Positions 1 to 12,005 of a stretch of DNA of 64,000 nt are shown one piece after another. This DNA is from Podarcis erhardii (taxonomy: Eukaryota). The stretch lies in NCBI GenBank assembly GCA_964252035.1, contig OZ176216.1, one strand, 5' to 3'. Position numbers and translations under genes: made by a program. The first letter of the stretch is position 1. Every line of letters starts with the position of its first letter. Below the pieces are notes generated by a model. It did no database searches, was not told the origin of the DNA, and saw only the letters and a program-made list of their open reading frames with translations.

Positions 1-942
1 GCTGGTTTAGACCACAGGGCTCTTAATTTAGAGTAGACCCACAGACTGTACTCAAATTCCCCCAGATTAAATAGGTTATAGATTGAAAAGTGCTGCAGAC
101 ATGTACCAGCTTCTCTGCTTCTTCTCCTTCTTCCCCGCCCCACAAAGTACATTTGAGCTTGCATAAAATAATTTGGTGGCAGAGATTCAATGACCAGATT
201 TCCCACTTATTTTTTTAAAAAAGAAGAAATGCCACTGGGACCACCATCTGGATCATGGCCTCAGTGCTGCGGGAGGTGAAGTTTGCTCTTCCTCCCTCTT
301 CCAAGCTTTTGCAAACAAAATTGGAGCTGCTTTTTGCACCACTGGGCTAACCCCATAGTACAGTAGAACATCTCGTGGTTTTTTGGCCTTGGTGGTAAGA
401 GCAGCAAGGTTCCAACTTGAACTGCAATAATTCGAAACAAATGTGGATGGTGTCTTAGCATGAGAGAAGCTACCTCAATGCAACTAACACCAAGAGCTAG
501 AGTTGCACTTATTTAGGTACACCTATAGAAGGAGGGTTTAGGTTTCAAATAGGAGTTGTTCTGATGTAGCACTGCAAGCAAGAGCATGTAAATTTGAGAT
601 GCACAGGTGAGGAAGAATGCAGAAAGCTGCATGTGGCTGTGAATGCCTAGGGAGGAAAGAGGAAAGCATTTGTGGAAAGCAGCACAAAATCATGACCAGA
701 CATTAATAGCACCGTAGAACTATATAGGTTTCATTTTGCAAATATTCAGGCTGCTTTGGGGGAAAGGTGGTATTGTTCAAAACAGCTACAATGGGGATGG
801 GGCTCGAAACCCTTGCTTACTCCCCGTCAGCACTGCCTGAAATCCCTTCACTGGAGCTACTGGTGGCAATGTAGTGCAGATAGAGCATAGAAAGTTAAAA
901 ATACCCCCCCCCCAAAAAAAATAATAATCTATCCACACTTAC

Positions 943-1025
943 CTTTCCTCTGCTCTTTCCAGGAACAATCTGCACTTCAAAGCTCTATGTCCAAGGCCCT
1001 TTTGTTTTTTGCTCTGGAGCTTTTC
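943..1025 (-). other. Candidate internal exon (83 nt) of an unidentified minus-strand transcript
   Basis: Minus strand reads ttttcacag|GAAAAG...GGAAAG|gtaagt with a perfect donor. One open frame: EKLQSKKQKGLGHRALKCRLFLERAEE. No homology recognised. Confidence 0.3.
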
Positions 1026-1463
1026 CTGTGAAAACCCGCTCTTTAAAGCTCAATCAGAGGAAACAGCAATCTGCAGAAAATCTGATACATGCATGAGGAA
1101 CACTGATTCCACAATAAGTATTCATCTGAAAGCATCCCATAACACTTAGAAATATGGGGCCTTATATACATTAATGGTGATGAGGCATAATGTGTCCTTC
1201 CTAAGGAGAGGGAGAGGTCTTTCTCTGTGGTGATGCCATGGCAAGGAACTTACTTCCCATTGGACTTGCAATGAATTCCTGCACTGTAGGCTGTTTGGAA
1301 GTCCCCCTTCACCTTTCCCCTCTTGCTTCAATTGGCCTTTCAGATGTGATGTTTTTTAGCTGGGTGATGGTCTGGTTGAATACTATTCTTTCCCTGCTCT
1401 GTTAGAGTGTTGCTGAAGTGTAGTTTCAGGTTTGTGTATTATGGCCCTTCTTAATGTTGGTTG

Positions 1464-1464
<1 letters not shown>

Positions 1465-1509
<45 letters not shown>

Positions 1510-2250
1510 GAATTAGAATTAGAATTAGAATTAGAATTTATATACCGCCCTATACCTGGAGGTCTCAGGGCGGTTCACAGAATAAAATCAAAATAGAAAA
1601 CCACAAAATACGGATGTGAGAGAAAAAGGGTATAAAGAAAAAGATTCAAAATTTCAAACAGAAAATGTTAATAATGATGTTAAGATAATTTCAAAAATGT
1701 ACAAAATTTTGTTGGAATGGCATACAATAGATGAGGAAGTAAAAGCGGTAATGATTCCGACTTTGGAGTAATGAAGTACCGACTTTGGAAGAATGGAGAA
1801 CAAAATTAACAGATTATGCAGAACTGGATAAACTAACTGGAAAAATTAGATTCCAAAAGGATCACAAGTTTTTTGAGGACTGGGGAAAATTTACAGAGTA
1901 TTTGAAAACTGTATGTGAGGAATGTACAACACTAGTGTGTTTTAAAGAAGCTTTGTGAAAATACAAGGAATATTGTAAGAAAGTAAAAAGGGATAGAAAT
2001 ATAGTATTTAAAGGCAATATTAAAATTAAGGAATGTGAAGATAGGACTTTAATTACGAATGATTGTCAGAGAAGTTGAGGGAGGTCCAACAAGTCAAAAT
2101 ATGTGATGTGGAAATTGGTATGATTGGAGTTTTTATGGAAAAATCTTAATAATTTTTTTTTTAAAAAAAGAAAACCACAAAATACATAAGCAACATAAAA
2201 ACAACAACCCAATAACCCCCACCCACCCCAAAAAAATCATTTTAAAAGGG
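1465..2250 (-). mobile_element. L2-like LINE 3' remnant with (TTA)n/(TTAGAA)n tail, split by an L1 insertion
   Basis: Microsatellite tail followed by tttatataccgccctatacctggaggtctcagggcggttcacag, typical of reverse L2-type 3' ends. The sequence resumes after the second L1 TSD at 2186. Confidence 0.5.
1612..2168 (+). mobile_element. L1 LINE, 5'-truncated and internally deleted (ORF2 C-terminus plus 3'UTR)
   Basis: Translates KIISKMYKILLEW...PTLEEWRTKLTDYAELDKLTGKIR...EDWGKFTEYLK. A-rich tail. 17-bp TSD agaaaaccacaaaatac at 1595-1611 and 2169-2185. Confidence 0.85.
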
Positions 2251-2935
2251 GAAACGATCCGCACAACATTTAAAATAAAACAATTAACAAACCTGGACAA
2301 GAGCCACTCACTGGAAAGACCATTATCTCAGAAATGTTTGCAGCAATATTTATTTATTGGCAACCAAATTGGCCAGCAATTATTGTATGCTGCTTTTGGA
2401 CATTCATCCAGAAAAGTGGCCTAAAAATGTTTAAATAAATAAAAAATATTTTAGGGCGTTGGCTGACCCTACTGGGGATTTTAGTCAATATACCAAATGC
2501 ATGGACCTTGTGAGGGCTGCAAAAAGTGAATAGGGGGCTGGAACACTGCATCTAAAAGTCACAAGGAAGAAACTGACCAGCAAAGCAATCTCTTGTTGAG
2601 CAGACATGCCTGTAATTGTCCGCCTTGCTGTTGTTCTTCATCTGTTTGCCCTTTGACTCTGTAGCTGAATGTCTTAGCGGTGAATCAGAAAGGCTCAGCA
2701 TCTATATTACTGGTGGGGTGTCTAAAATCTGTAGGGAGATAGAGGAAGATATTTTCTCTGCGCACTGCTTTCAGTCCTGTTGATTCTGAGCATAACCAGA
2801 CTCTGCAAGCTGCATAGTCAAGCAGACAACGTTTTCAAAGAGAAGTGTGATGTGAAGCACATTGCTGGAAACTTTGATTAAATGTTTCCAGCCTCACCTC
2901 ACAGATGGAGAACTGGGGCACAGAGATGGGTTGCA

Positions 2936-3227
2936 TTTATTTACTGCTCTGCTGTATATCTGAGAAGCAAGACAGGTGGGTCTTTACAACAGGGCTGGGG
3001 AGACATTGACAGCCTCAGGGTCTGGACAACCTTTTGGCAGTGAGGGACCAATGGTGGTGGGTGGGGTAAACGCAAACGTGGGTGGAGCACCAAGCAAGGC
3101 TGATGAAGGAAATGGTTGGGTGGAAGGAGATTCCTGGGGCCAGATAGAAAGGCTTGGAGGCTCTGAGTTTTCCAATCCCTTCTTTACAACAACCCTGCGG
3201 GATCTGTCAGCATTATTCACATTTTTA
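2936..3227 (-). other. Candidate terminal exon (stop at 2984-2986, AATAAA at 2936-2941)
   Basis: Pyrimidine-rich acceptor ccttcatttcttactag, open frame KNVNNADRSRR...PEAVNVSPALL*, then AATAAA about 45 nt downstream. Product not recognised. Confidence 0.35.
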
Positions 3228-6114
3228 CTAGTAAGAAATGAAGGATTAGAGGGGAAATGGAACAGCCAGGGTCACCTCATGAATCTATTTCTGAGACTGA
3301 ACAGTGGACAGAGGCTTTCCTTCAGTCCAAACTAATGGGCTATAGTGTGAGTAGGATTTCTAACCCTGAATGAGCCAAGAAAAGGCAAGCCCAGTTTTTT
3401 AGAGGCAGAGGAGTGGATCAAAATGAAAGTAGAAAGAAACTACTCTTGGGTCTTTTTGTGGCAGGGGTGTGAATTTTGAGGGTGGGATAAAATTCATACT
3501 GCTGTTCCTGAGCTGGTAGCCACCATAGTGATTTCTTCAGAATGCTTGGAACAATATCATGTCAGGCTTAAAGATGGGGGTGAAATTTACCCTCTCCAAA
3601 ACAAAGTGAAGATCCCTGTTGAGTCTACCTACTAGCTTTCCTGTAAAGTGCATGTTTATTACTTAAACAGAATGACTTCTGCGCACACAACAGAATGTCC
3701 CCTCCCTCTCCTTTACCCTTGTGTCCCTGCAGCTGAAGCCTAAAACATGAGCTTAACTTCCCACTGAGATAACCAAGAGAAAATGTTTTCTCAAAAATAA
3801 CTCCCAACTGAAATCAGCTAGATTTAATCCAGAGTAAGTATGCATAAGTATACCTTAATGTGTTCAGCTTTGGCCAAATTCTGCTCTAAATGATTATGAA
3901 TAATAGCCATCTCATGCAACTTGTTTGACCTCTACATTCAAGCTAATGCCAACAAGGAAGATGAAATCTATCACAGAGTCCTTCTCCAGATGTTGTTGAA
4001 CTCCAGGCCCATCAGCCTCTGTCAACATGGTCAAAGCTAAGGGATGGTGGGAGTTGTAGTCCAGTAATACTTAGAAGGCCTGCAGGACCCCATCCCCTTT
4101 TTTTTTCAGTTTTACAAGTTGGGGGGGGTCATTCATAGGAGGCTTTGGGCTCCAGCCTGTTCAGAGCAGCCTCTGGACTCTTGAACACAATCCTTTGTCT
4201 CCCACTTCTTTGCTTTTTCTTTCACAAGTAAGGCATTAGGGAGAATATCAGAGGTCAGTGTGAAACCATTAAGGTTTACCCATGTCCCTGGGCTCTCTCC
4301 GCTGATGGCTCCCATACGACATAAACTGATTAGTGGGATGGCTAGAGGCAGGAGAGAGGCATCATTAAGAAAGGAAGAAAAAAGAACAACAAACCCCCAC
4401 TAATTTTAGAAAATTGTTACCAGTTGTCTGCACCACAGAGCTTGCTCATCCGTGCTGAAGATGTCAGGCCAGGATCACACGCCTTCCCCTCTCAGCCTAG
4501 GCAGCAGGCTTCTGGGACTCTGATTACAAATATATCTTCCATGTTGATTGTGATTCTTTTTCTATAGTTCTGTGCTGTATCTGTATCTTTCTTAGGAGCA
4601 TGACAGATACTTGGCACAAGGGCATTCCCCAGCAGGAGCACCAGACATCCATCACCAGGTGCAAAATCTTATTATAGGCCACGGTGCTGCGAACGAGTTG
4701 GGGGTGGTGTTGGGGCTCTTTGGCTGAGTCTGCCTGGCTAACTGCAGTTTGTTAAAGTTGGCTCAAGCACTGAAATTCAAAACAGGCCTTGGATTAAGGC
4801 TCTCACGGAGCATGCAGAGGTAGATGCCTCTTGAAGTTCTACACAGGCAGAGGGTTGCTTTTCAAAGGTGCCAAGATCCTCAGCCTCTGAAATGATGATG
4901 GACTGGTCTGAAATCAAAGCTTGAAGAATGGCTAGCAGACAAATGTAAAAGCAGCTCTGAATTCCTCCAGTCCCAAAGGCACCAAGGAGAATGGGGCCTG
5001 CAATCTGGGGTCTGGGCCATGTTGAGCTGCCAGATGTCACTTGGATCAGCGATTCACAAATGATCCTAGGGTCATAGGTGGCATGTGGGTAGGTCACCAA
5101 GGTAGGCCACCAGAGCTAATGCAAAGAGCTAATGCAGCAGAAAGCAGAGGGGGGAAAGGTTCCACTGCAAGGTCAAAGGTTGGAGGCAGCAAATGGCTCT
5201 AAGCAAGCTAACTGGCAGGGCTGGATGACGACGGCACTTTGCCAAAATTTGCCCTTGAGGAGCATTCCAGTGATACGACAAGGGTTTATTTAAATGGATC
5301 CATGCAACATTAACAGCCGATATTCGACCTTGTTCGTCAGCAAGGGAACAAAAGTGTTTCACACAAATTCAGTCACATTGCCAAGATTTTAATATGACAT
5401 TCCAAAATTTAAAATCAGGATGTGAACACTGGAAACTGTCTTATTTCAGGTCAGATGTATCCACGTAACCAGTATTATGTACTCTGATCAGCTGCGGCAA
5501 TCTGGGATCCCAGGCAGAAATGAATCTTAGCCCCAGCCAGCACAGGACGATAAGGGGTGTTATGCAGCAACATCTGGTGGGCCATATCCCTGCCATAAAG
5601 GCCCTCTTCATGGGATGGAGTCTTGGAGGACTAGCTACATCCAGGAGGGATATAAGGGCTCAGTTGGATCAACTTTTCTCTTCCATGTGACTGCCCTTGG
5701 TCTCTAACCCAATGTTCTTGACCTTGGCTTGGGCACAGAGAGTTACATTCAATGCTAGGCCGACTCAGAATAGACCCATTAAAGTTAATGAACACGACTA
5801 ACTTAGGGTCATTCATTTCAATGGGTAGAACTTAGTTGACTACAACCCATAGTCCCTGCCTGCTGTTTTCTGCTCTAGAATTCTCTCTAAGTCCCCTGTC
5901 AGTTTACTTTGAGCTCATTGATGGCCTTTAGATTCCATTTTAATAAAATGTGTTGTTGTTGCTATTGTTGTTGTTGTTTTTAAAAGGATTTGCAACCCCA
6001 TTCTGCTGCTACTTGTAAACTTGTAAACTTGTTCGTATTTGTGTTAAATCTACACTGACTGATACCAACTCTCCAGTATTTCATTCAAGGCGCTCTCTCT
6101 CTCTCTCTCTCTCT

Positions 6115-6193
6115 CCCCTACGTGGAGGTGCCAGGAATTGACCTGGGAACCTCCTGCATACAAGACCAAGGCTCTCCGACTGAGCTACAGCCC
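6115..6193 (-). mobile_element. tRNA-derived SINE head fragment
   Basis: Reverse complement reads gggctgtagctcagtcggagagcc...caggtcaattcctggcacctcc, giving A-box and B-box-like motifs like the copies at 10722 and 11835. Confidence 0.6.
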
Positions 6194-6534
6194 TTCTGGG
6201 TTTTCAGCTGCGTACTGTTTATTTATTTCTTAATATAAATCTATACCACTTGATGTAATAAAAATATGTAAAGTAGTTTACATAAAAATATTAAGAATAC
6301 AATGACATTCAGTAAAATTTCCTTAAAACTAGATAAAAACAGAGCAAAGCTTTTTATCATAAACAAAACTGAGCAGTGTATTAAATGGAAAATTTAAAAT
6401 CAAGAGTCAGAGTCCAGGAAAGTTTGAGTAAGCATATAAGCTTTGAAGGGGTCTTTGCAGTCTTTGCCTACTGTTGCTTTAAGTATGTTGTAAAATCTCC
6501 CCCAAACCACCAGAGGGGAAAAAAGAGATTGGGA

Positions 6535-7080
6535 GACAGGGTTGTTTAAAAAATAAACAAATCTGTGAATGTGCAGAACATTCATTTTAAGATATCTGTG
6601 TTTGAATTCACATAAGCAAGTTTGAGATGGCAGGATTTACTTATTTCCACCTAAATGTGTTGCAGATCTATAAGTCTGCTTACTCCTGAGACGGATCTGC
6701 AACATTGTGGGCCAGCACTGCCACCCCCACCATGATCTATTGTAGGGGGCTGCCTGGCCAGCGAGGAGGCTTAATACTCACCTCATTGGCCAGGAATTGG
6801 CTCCAAGCCTGCCTGCCAATGGCAGGGCTCTCCTTGGGGAGGGACTGACAGAGCATGTAGGCTTCCCTCAGGTCCATTCCCAGGGCATTTAAGGCAGCCT
6901 GCCCAGGCCCTGGTGCTCACAAAGAGACAGGGTTAAAAAAAACCAACCACTAACTAAATAGGTTAATTAATCTGTGAATGTGTAGAAAATTCACTTTAGG
7001 AAAATCTGAATTTGAATTCACATAAGCAAGTTTGAGATAGCAGGGTTTTCTTATTTCCCCCCAGATGCATTCCAGATCTA
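6535..7080. repeat. Old local direct duplication (about 6535-6670 vs about 6925-7080)
   Basis: Shared colinear blocks gagacagggtt, aatctgtgaatgtg, tttgaattcacataagcaagtttgagat, cttattt and cagatcta. Confidence 0.8.
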
Positions 7081-7391
7081 GACGTAACCTAATCCAGTAC
7101 AAGATTCTCTCATGGTGAGTCAGCACTGATACTATCAGAAGTGACATATGGTGATTGCAGTTATGCAAATGTCAAAAATATCTGATTTTGGATTGCCTCT
7201 GGACTGGGGGCAAGGAAAGAAATGATCCAGATGCGTATGTGCTTTCACCTCTGGGTTAATTGCCAGAAATATATGTGAAGAAGCCAGATATGTGATTGTA
7301 AGAAATATTGAAGTAATCACTTTCATTTTGTGCATATTCTTAAACTGTCTGAGAGCAAGGTGGATGAACTCAACTCTCAACTCAAACATAC

Positions 7392-7457
7392 CTTTTCCCA
7401 TTTGGTTGGCTCTGAGACTCCAAAGGGAACCTGTGTGTGGTTTCTTCAGAAGATCCC
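7392..7457 (-). other. Candidate internal exon (66 nt, frame-symmetric)
   Basis: Acceptor cttttccacctctgttcag, donor AAG|gtatgt. Two of three frames are open (DLLKKPHTGSLWSLRANQMGK or GSSEETTHRFPLESQSQPNGK). Confidence 0.4.
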
Positions 7458-8029
7458 CTGAACAGAGGTGGAAAAGCGAATATGGTGATGTGGCAACAAG
7501 AGTCATAATTTGTTTTCCCCCCTCAAACCTTGATCCTTGGACACCCTCTCCCTGTGACCTACCAGGCTCATGGCACCAACCACATGCCTGAATAGGTAAA
7601 GTCAAAATGTGGCATCCCTATTTGCTACTATTTACCAGGGAAAGTAAGCCACTCTCCTTAGCTTCTCCCTAATTTTTGCCTTTGGGAAATACTTTGCAAA
7701 ACTTCAGTATGAGTTGCTAAATTGTTCATTTCAAGAAGCATTCCAAAATCTTTATCCCAGATGGCATCTGTTCTGGATCTGAGTTGATTTTATGTATATG
7801 TTATTATTTTAAACTCTACTTATATGTATAGCTTTTAAAAAATGTTTTTATATGCAATTATCTTTAATTGTTTTTATATACGCAACTGTTTTATAGACAT
7901 AATTATATCCCAAGTCAATTTAAGATGCCTCTTGGGAAGTGATTCATAAATAAATCATCATCATCTTCAAGGGTCAATCTCCCAGGTTTCTAGAAGCCAA
8001 GGGTTATAACCAGCTATGTTCTACTTCTC

Positions 8030-8800
8030 TTTTTAAAAAATATTTTTATTGAATTTTACAATTTGATCAGCATGATTTATTAACATAAATCACATAAGAA
8101 AGTAAACATACATCTCCTTTCCCCCACCCCTCCCCCCACCCATAGACTTCCCTCAACTTCCCCTTCCAGTTCTTTCTAATAGTTTCTCATTCTGCATATT
8201 CTAATCTAATATTAATATCATTCCTCTTTACCTAAAAACTCTGTTTTCTTCCAAAATCTTCTATAACAAACCATTTAAATTCCATATTCTGCTTGTTTAT
8301 TTCCACATCATTTTTCAACATCTACCACATTCTATTTTGTCACCTGTAAGTGTTTACTCAAAACCTGCAAGTGAGTCTAGTTCTTTACAATATTTCTGTA
8401 TAAAGTTAAAGGGACCCCTGACCATTAGGTCCAGTCATGACCGACTCTGGGGTTGTGGCGTTCATCTCGCTTTATTGGCCGAGGGAGCCGGCGTACAGCT
8501 TCCGGGTCATGTGACCAGCATGACTAAGCTGCTTCTGGTGAACCACAGCAGCGCACGGAAACGCCGTTTACCTTACCTTACCTATTTATCTACTTGCACT
8601 TTGACGTGCTTTTGAACTGCTATGTTGGCAGGAGCAGGGACTGAGCAATGGGAGCTCACCCCATTGAGTGGATTCAAACCACTGACCTTCTAATCGACAA
8701 GTCCTAGGCTCTGTGGTTTAATCCATAGTGCCACCTGCGTCCCTAATATTTCTGCATATATAAAATAAATACATTCCAATCTTTTTTAAAGTCTTTGTTG
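8030..8800 (-). mobile_element. Degraded L1 3' end, interrupted by a Sauria SINE
   Basis: Begins with T-rich tttt...atatttttattgaa (reverse polyA/AATAAA). Composition and motifs resemble the other L1 3' ends. Continues after 8744. Confidence 0.5.
8404..8743 (-). mobile_element. Sauria SINE
   Basis: Full-length match to the other copies, from the tRNA-like head to the ...cctttacc tail. Near-perfect TSD aatatttctg(t/c)ata. Confidence 0.95.
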
Positions 8801-8859
8801 TCCAACTATGTTCTATTTCTAAATACTGTTGGCCTCTAACACCCAGCACGGAATTTAAA

Positions 8860-9720
8860 TCAGGACAGAGTCCCATCTACTCCACCCCCCTGTTCTCGTA
8901 GTGAATCCCCAAAGCAGAACCTGAGTGCAACAGCATTCTGCCCACTTGCAATTCTCAGCAGCTGATATTCCTGGGCATCCTGCCTCCGACAGTTCAGATA
9001 GAACACAGCCAATGTGGTTAAGTAGCCATTGATCCTCCATGGATTTGTCTAATTCTCTTTTAAAGTCAACCAAATTGGGGGCCATCACTACATTTGGTGG
9101 AAATGAACTCCATCATTTAACTATGCATTATGTAAAGAAGTCAATGACAAACCTAGACAGCATCCTAAAAAGCAGAGACATCACCTTGCCAACAAAGGTC
9201 CGTATAGTTAAAGCTATGGCTTTCCCAGTAGTGATGTATGGAAGTGAGAGCTGGACCATAAAGAAGGCTGATCGCCGAAGAATGGATGCTTTTGAATTAT
9301 GGTGCTGGAGGAGACTCTTGAGAGTCCCATGGACTGCAAGAAGATCAAACGTATCCATTCTGAAGGAAATCAGCCCTGAGTGCTCACTGGAAGGACAGAT
9401 CGTGAAGCTGAGGCTCCAATACTTTGGCCACCTCATGAGAAGAGAAGACTCCCTGGAAAAGACCCCGATGTTGGGAAAGATGGAGGGCACAGGAAGAAGG
9501 GGACGACAGAGGACGAGATGGTTGGACAGTGTTCTCGAAGCTACCAGCATGAGTTTGACCAAACTGTGGGAGGCAGTGGAAGACAGGAGTGCCTGGCATG
9601 CTCTGGTCCATGGGGTCACAAAGAGTCGGACACGACTAAATGACTAAACAACAGCAACAACATGTGAAGGAGCACTTCCTTTTGTCTCTCCTGAATACTC
9701 CTACATTCAGGCCTATTTTA
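8860..9720. mobile_element. CR1-type remnant interrupted by Bov-B
   Basis: gatttgtctaattctcttttaaag...ttaactatgcattatgtaaagaagt on the left and cacttccttttgtctctcctgaat on the right. Same family as 25815-26200. Confidence 0.55.
9142..9660 (+). mobile_element. Bov-B (RTE clade) LINE, 5'-truncated 3' end
   Basis: Open frame LDSILKSRDITLPTKV...AFELWCWRRLLRVPWTARRSN...RRGRQRTRWLD...VHGVTKSRTRL is diagnostic of Bov-B. (CAA)n tail. Confidence 0.97.
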
Positions 9721-10721
9721 GATGTCTTCAATTTCTAGTATTCTCCAAACTGTGTATAAAGTAGATTTTTTTTTGAGGGGAGGGGGGTTACTCAGCTCTA
9801 CAATGTTTACTGTGATTAGCAATCATTCTCCTGAGTCTTAGGAAGAGGTTTTTCCCAGCCCTTAGACTTCAGATGCTTTTAAGTCCTAGGGATTGAACCA
9901 TAGCTGTCAACGTTTTCCTTTTTTAAAGGGAAATTCCATTATTCCAAATAGGATTCCTCGCAAGAAAAGGGAAAAGTTGACAACTATGGATTGAACTTGG
10001 GACCTTTTTCATGTGTCACCTTCTCTTGCAAAACTGAGTGGATTCCTCTGAGGAAAAGAAAGAGCCATTTCTGGAGTTTCTCTTCTCCTCAGTGCCAAGC
10101 GTTTGGTTTCACTTGTCCCTTCTGTTATGATCTCCACCTTCCTGAAGGCAGTAGGGCATGCTGGTCAATATCATTAAACACCCAGTTTAATGATATTGCT
10201 GCTCTGTGATTGTATTTTACTAGAGGCCTTGCAACTGATACATCATGCTTAAAAACATATTAATCCTCCACGTGTTATGTGTTCCTTCTCAGTCAATATC
10301 ATATGTTGGCTCAGATATTGTGCCAAGTGCCTGGCCATTCCTGCCTGATATTATATGGAGAGCAGGGAGGCGCCTGCTGTTTTACAAGGTAACACACCCT
10401 TGGTTCCATCAAGGAAAATGGGCTCGCATCTGGAATGAACTTAGTCCAGAAACGTCACATCAGGAAATTGAGTTCTTTCAAACAAACCTCCTGGTGATCA
10501 GCCGGGGGAGCTGCTGGCATGCAGCCATACGTTTTGCACAGCCCACCACTCCAGGGCAAGTGCAGCAATGAGTAGAAACACAGCTGGTAATGTATGAGCT
10601 CCTAAATGTTTTTTTAATCTCATTTCTAGCACATTTATATCCCACTTATCTTCCATCATAGAACTCAAGCTGAGCCAGTATAGGTAGGTTTCCCTCAAAG
10701 TTTTCAATTAGGGCATTGACG

Positions 10722-11530
10722 AGGGCTGTAGTTCTGTGGTAGAGTGCCTTGTTCACCGATAAACCTTGGCTTAACACCATCAACGAAACCTCCATCTTAT
10801 TTAGCTACCTTATCTGTGGTGACGCACAGGTATGCCTTTATAAAGGCTAGATTCAATGTTTTCCCATCTAATGTGTTGGGTAACAGACTCTCCAACGGAC
10901 AGATCTCACTCCTCTGCAACCGTAAAAGTGGATCTATAGAATCGTTATATCATATAATCTTCTGTTGTCCATTACATTCGCCTTCACGGTCCAAGTTTCT
11001 GGCCCCATATTTATCGAGAATTGCTGACGGACCTCAGGAAGCCCAAATAATATACTTATTAAACGATGAAGATACAAGTAGATCCCTTGCAGTCGCTAGA
11101 TACCTGATTAATGTTTTATTTCAAAAGAGGAGAAATGGAGCACTGTATGACTCTGACAGCTTAGCTAAACTTAAGAACCATTAATAAGTGCCAGAACCAA
11201 GACGCATACCCCCCAAAATCTGATGGATTTGAATTGCGGTTTACATAGAGGGAGCTTATTGTGTATAGAGTATACTTAACTGAAGTAAAATTGGTTTTAT
11301 ATGGGTGTTTTAACTTGGAACTGTTTAAATTGTATTGTTTATGGATAAATCTGGATGTATTGTTTTCGTTATGGGCCAATGGCCGTAATAAAATCCCTAA
11401 CAAAGTGGTAGAGTGTCTGTTTTGCATGGGGGAGCCTCCTGGCTCAATCCCCAGCATCTCCAGGTAGGCCTTGGGATGTTACTTGCCTGAAACCTGGAGA
11501 ACCCCTGCCAATCACTGTAGGCAGCACAAG
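10722..11530 (+). mobile_element. tRNA-derived SINE split by a LINE insertion
   Basis: agggctgtagttctgtggtagagtg at 10722-10746 resumes at 11405 as gtggtagagtgtctgttttgcatgg...ggctcaatccccagcatctccagg. Confidence 0.75.
10747..11404 (+). mobile_element. Non-LTR retrotransposon 3' end, RTEX-like (C-terminal Cys/His region)
   Basis: Intact frame ...RYAFIKARFNVFPSNVLGNR...LC...SIESLYHIIFCCPLH...R to the stop at 11184, then 3'UTR with AATAAA. Perfect 11-bp TSD gtggtagagtg at 10736-10746 and 11405-11415. Clade assignment is from motif memory. Confidence 0.75.
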
Positions 11531-11582
11531 CGCCACTTGACAGTGCAAGATAAATATGCTCCGATGCTCCTGTTCAACAAAA

Positions 11583-11834
11583 AAGAAGAAGAAGAGAAGA
11601 AGAGTTTGGATTTGATATCCCGCTTTATCACTACCCTAAGGAGTCTCAAAGCTGCTAACATTCCCCTTTCCCTTCCTCCCCCACAACAAACCCTCTATGA
11701 GGTGAGTGGGGCTGAGAGACTTCAGAGAAGTGTGACTAGCCCAAGGTCACCCAGCAGCTGCATGTGGAGCAGCAGAAACGTGAACCCGGTTCACCAGATT
11801 ACGAGTCTACCACTCTTAACCACTACACCACACT
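11583..11834 (-). mobile_element. MIR/Ther1-derived SINE (Squam3-like)
   Basis: Reverse complement starts agtgtggtgtagtggttaagagtggtagactc...gggttc (tRNA head), then a CORE-like ctgggtgaccttgggctagtcac, an L2-like end and a (TTC)n tail. Confidence 0.75.
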
Positions 11835-12005
11835 AGCTCAGCAGGAGAGCATCTTCTTTGCATGTAGAAGGTACCAGGTTCAGTCCTCAGCATCACCAGA
11901 TAGGGCTGAGAGAGACTTCTGCCTGAAACCCTGGATGGCCACTGCCAGTGGGTGTAGGCAATACTGTCCCGTGGGCTGACTTGGTATAAGGCAGCTTTCT
12001 ACATT
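11835..12005 (+). mobile_element. tRNA-derived SINE (same family as 10722)
   Basis: agctcagcaggagagcatcttctttgcatgtagaaggtaccaggttcagtcctcagcatc...ggtataaggcagctttcta. Confidence 0.7.

Noticed and set aside
9128-9643. Overlapping and antisense ORFs over Bov-B (also 16206-16733)
   Set aside because: These are alternative frames of the Bov-B RT sequence, not separate genes.
9130-9673. TSD of the first Bov-B (atgtaaagaagt vs atgtgaaggagc)
   Set aside because: Three mismatches in 12 bp next to a well-preserved insert, so it was not accepted as a firm TSD.
10722-12005. tRNA genes
   Set aside because: The tRNA-like heads continue into SINE bodies and are degenerate. No intact cloverleaf with a T-run terminator was seen.
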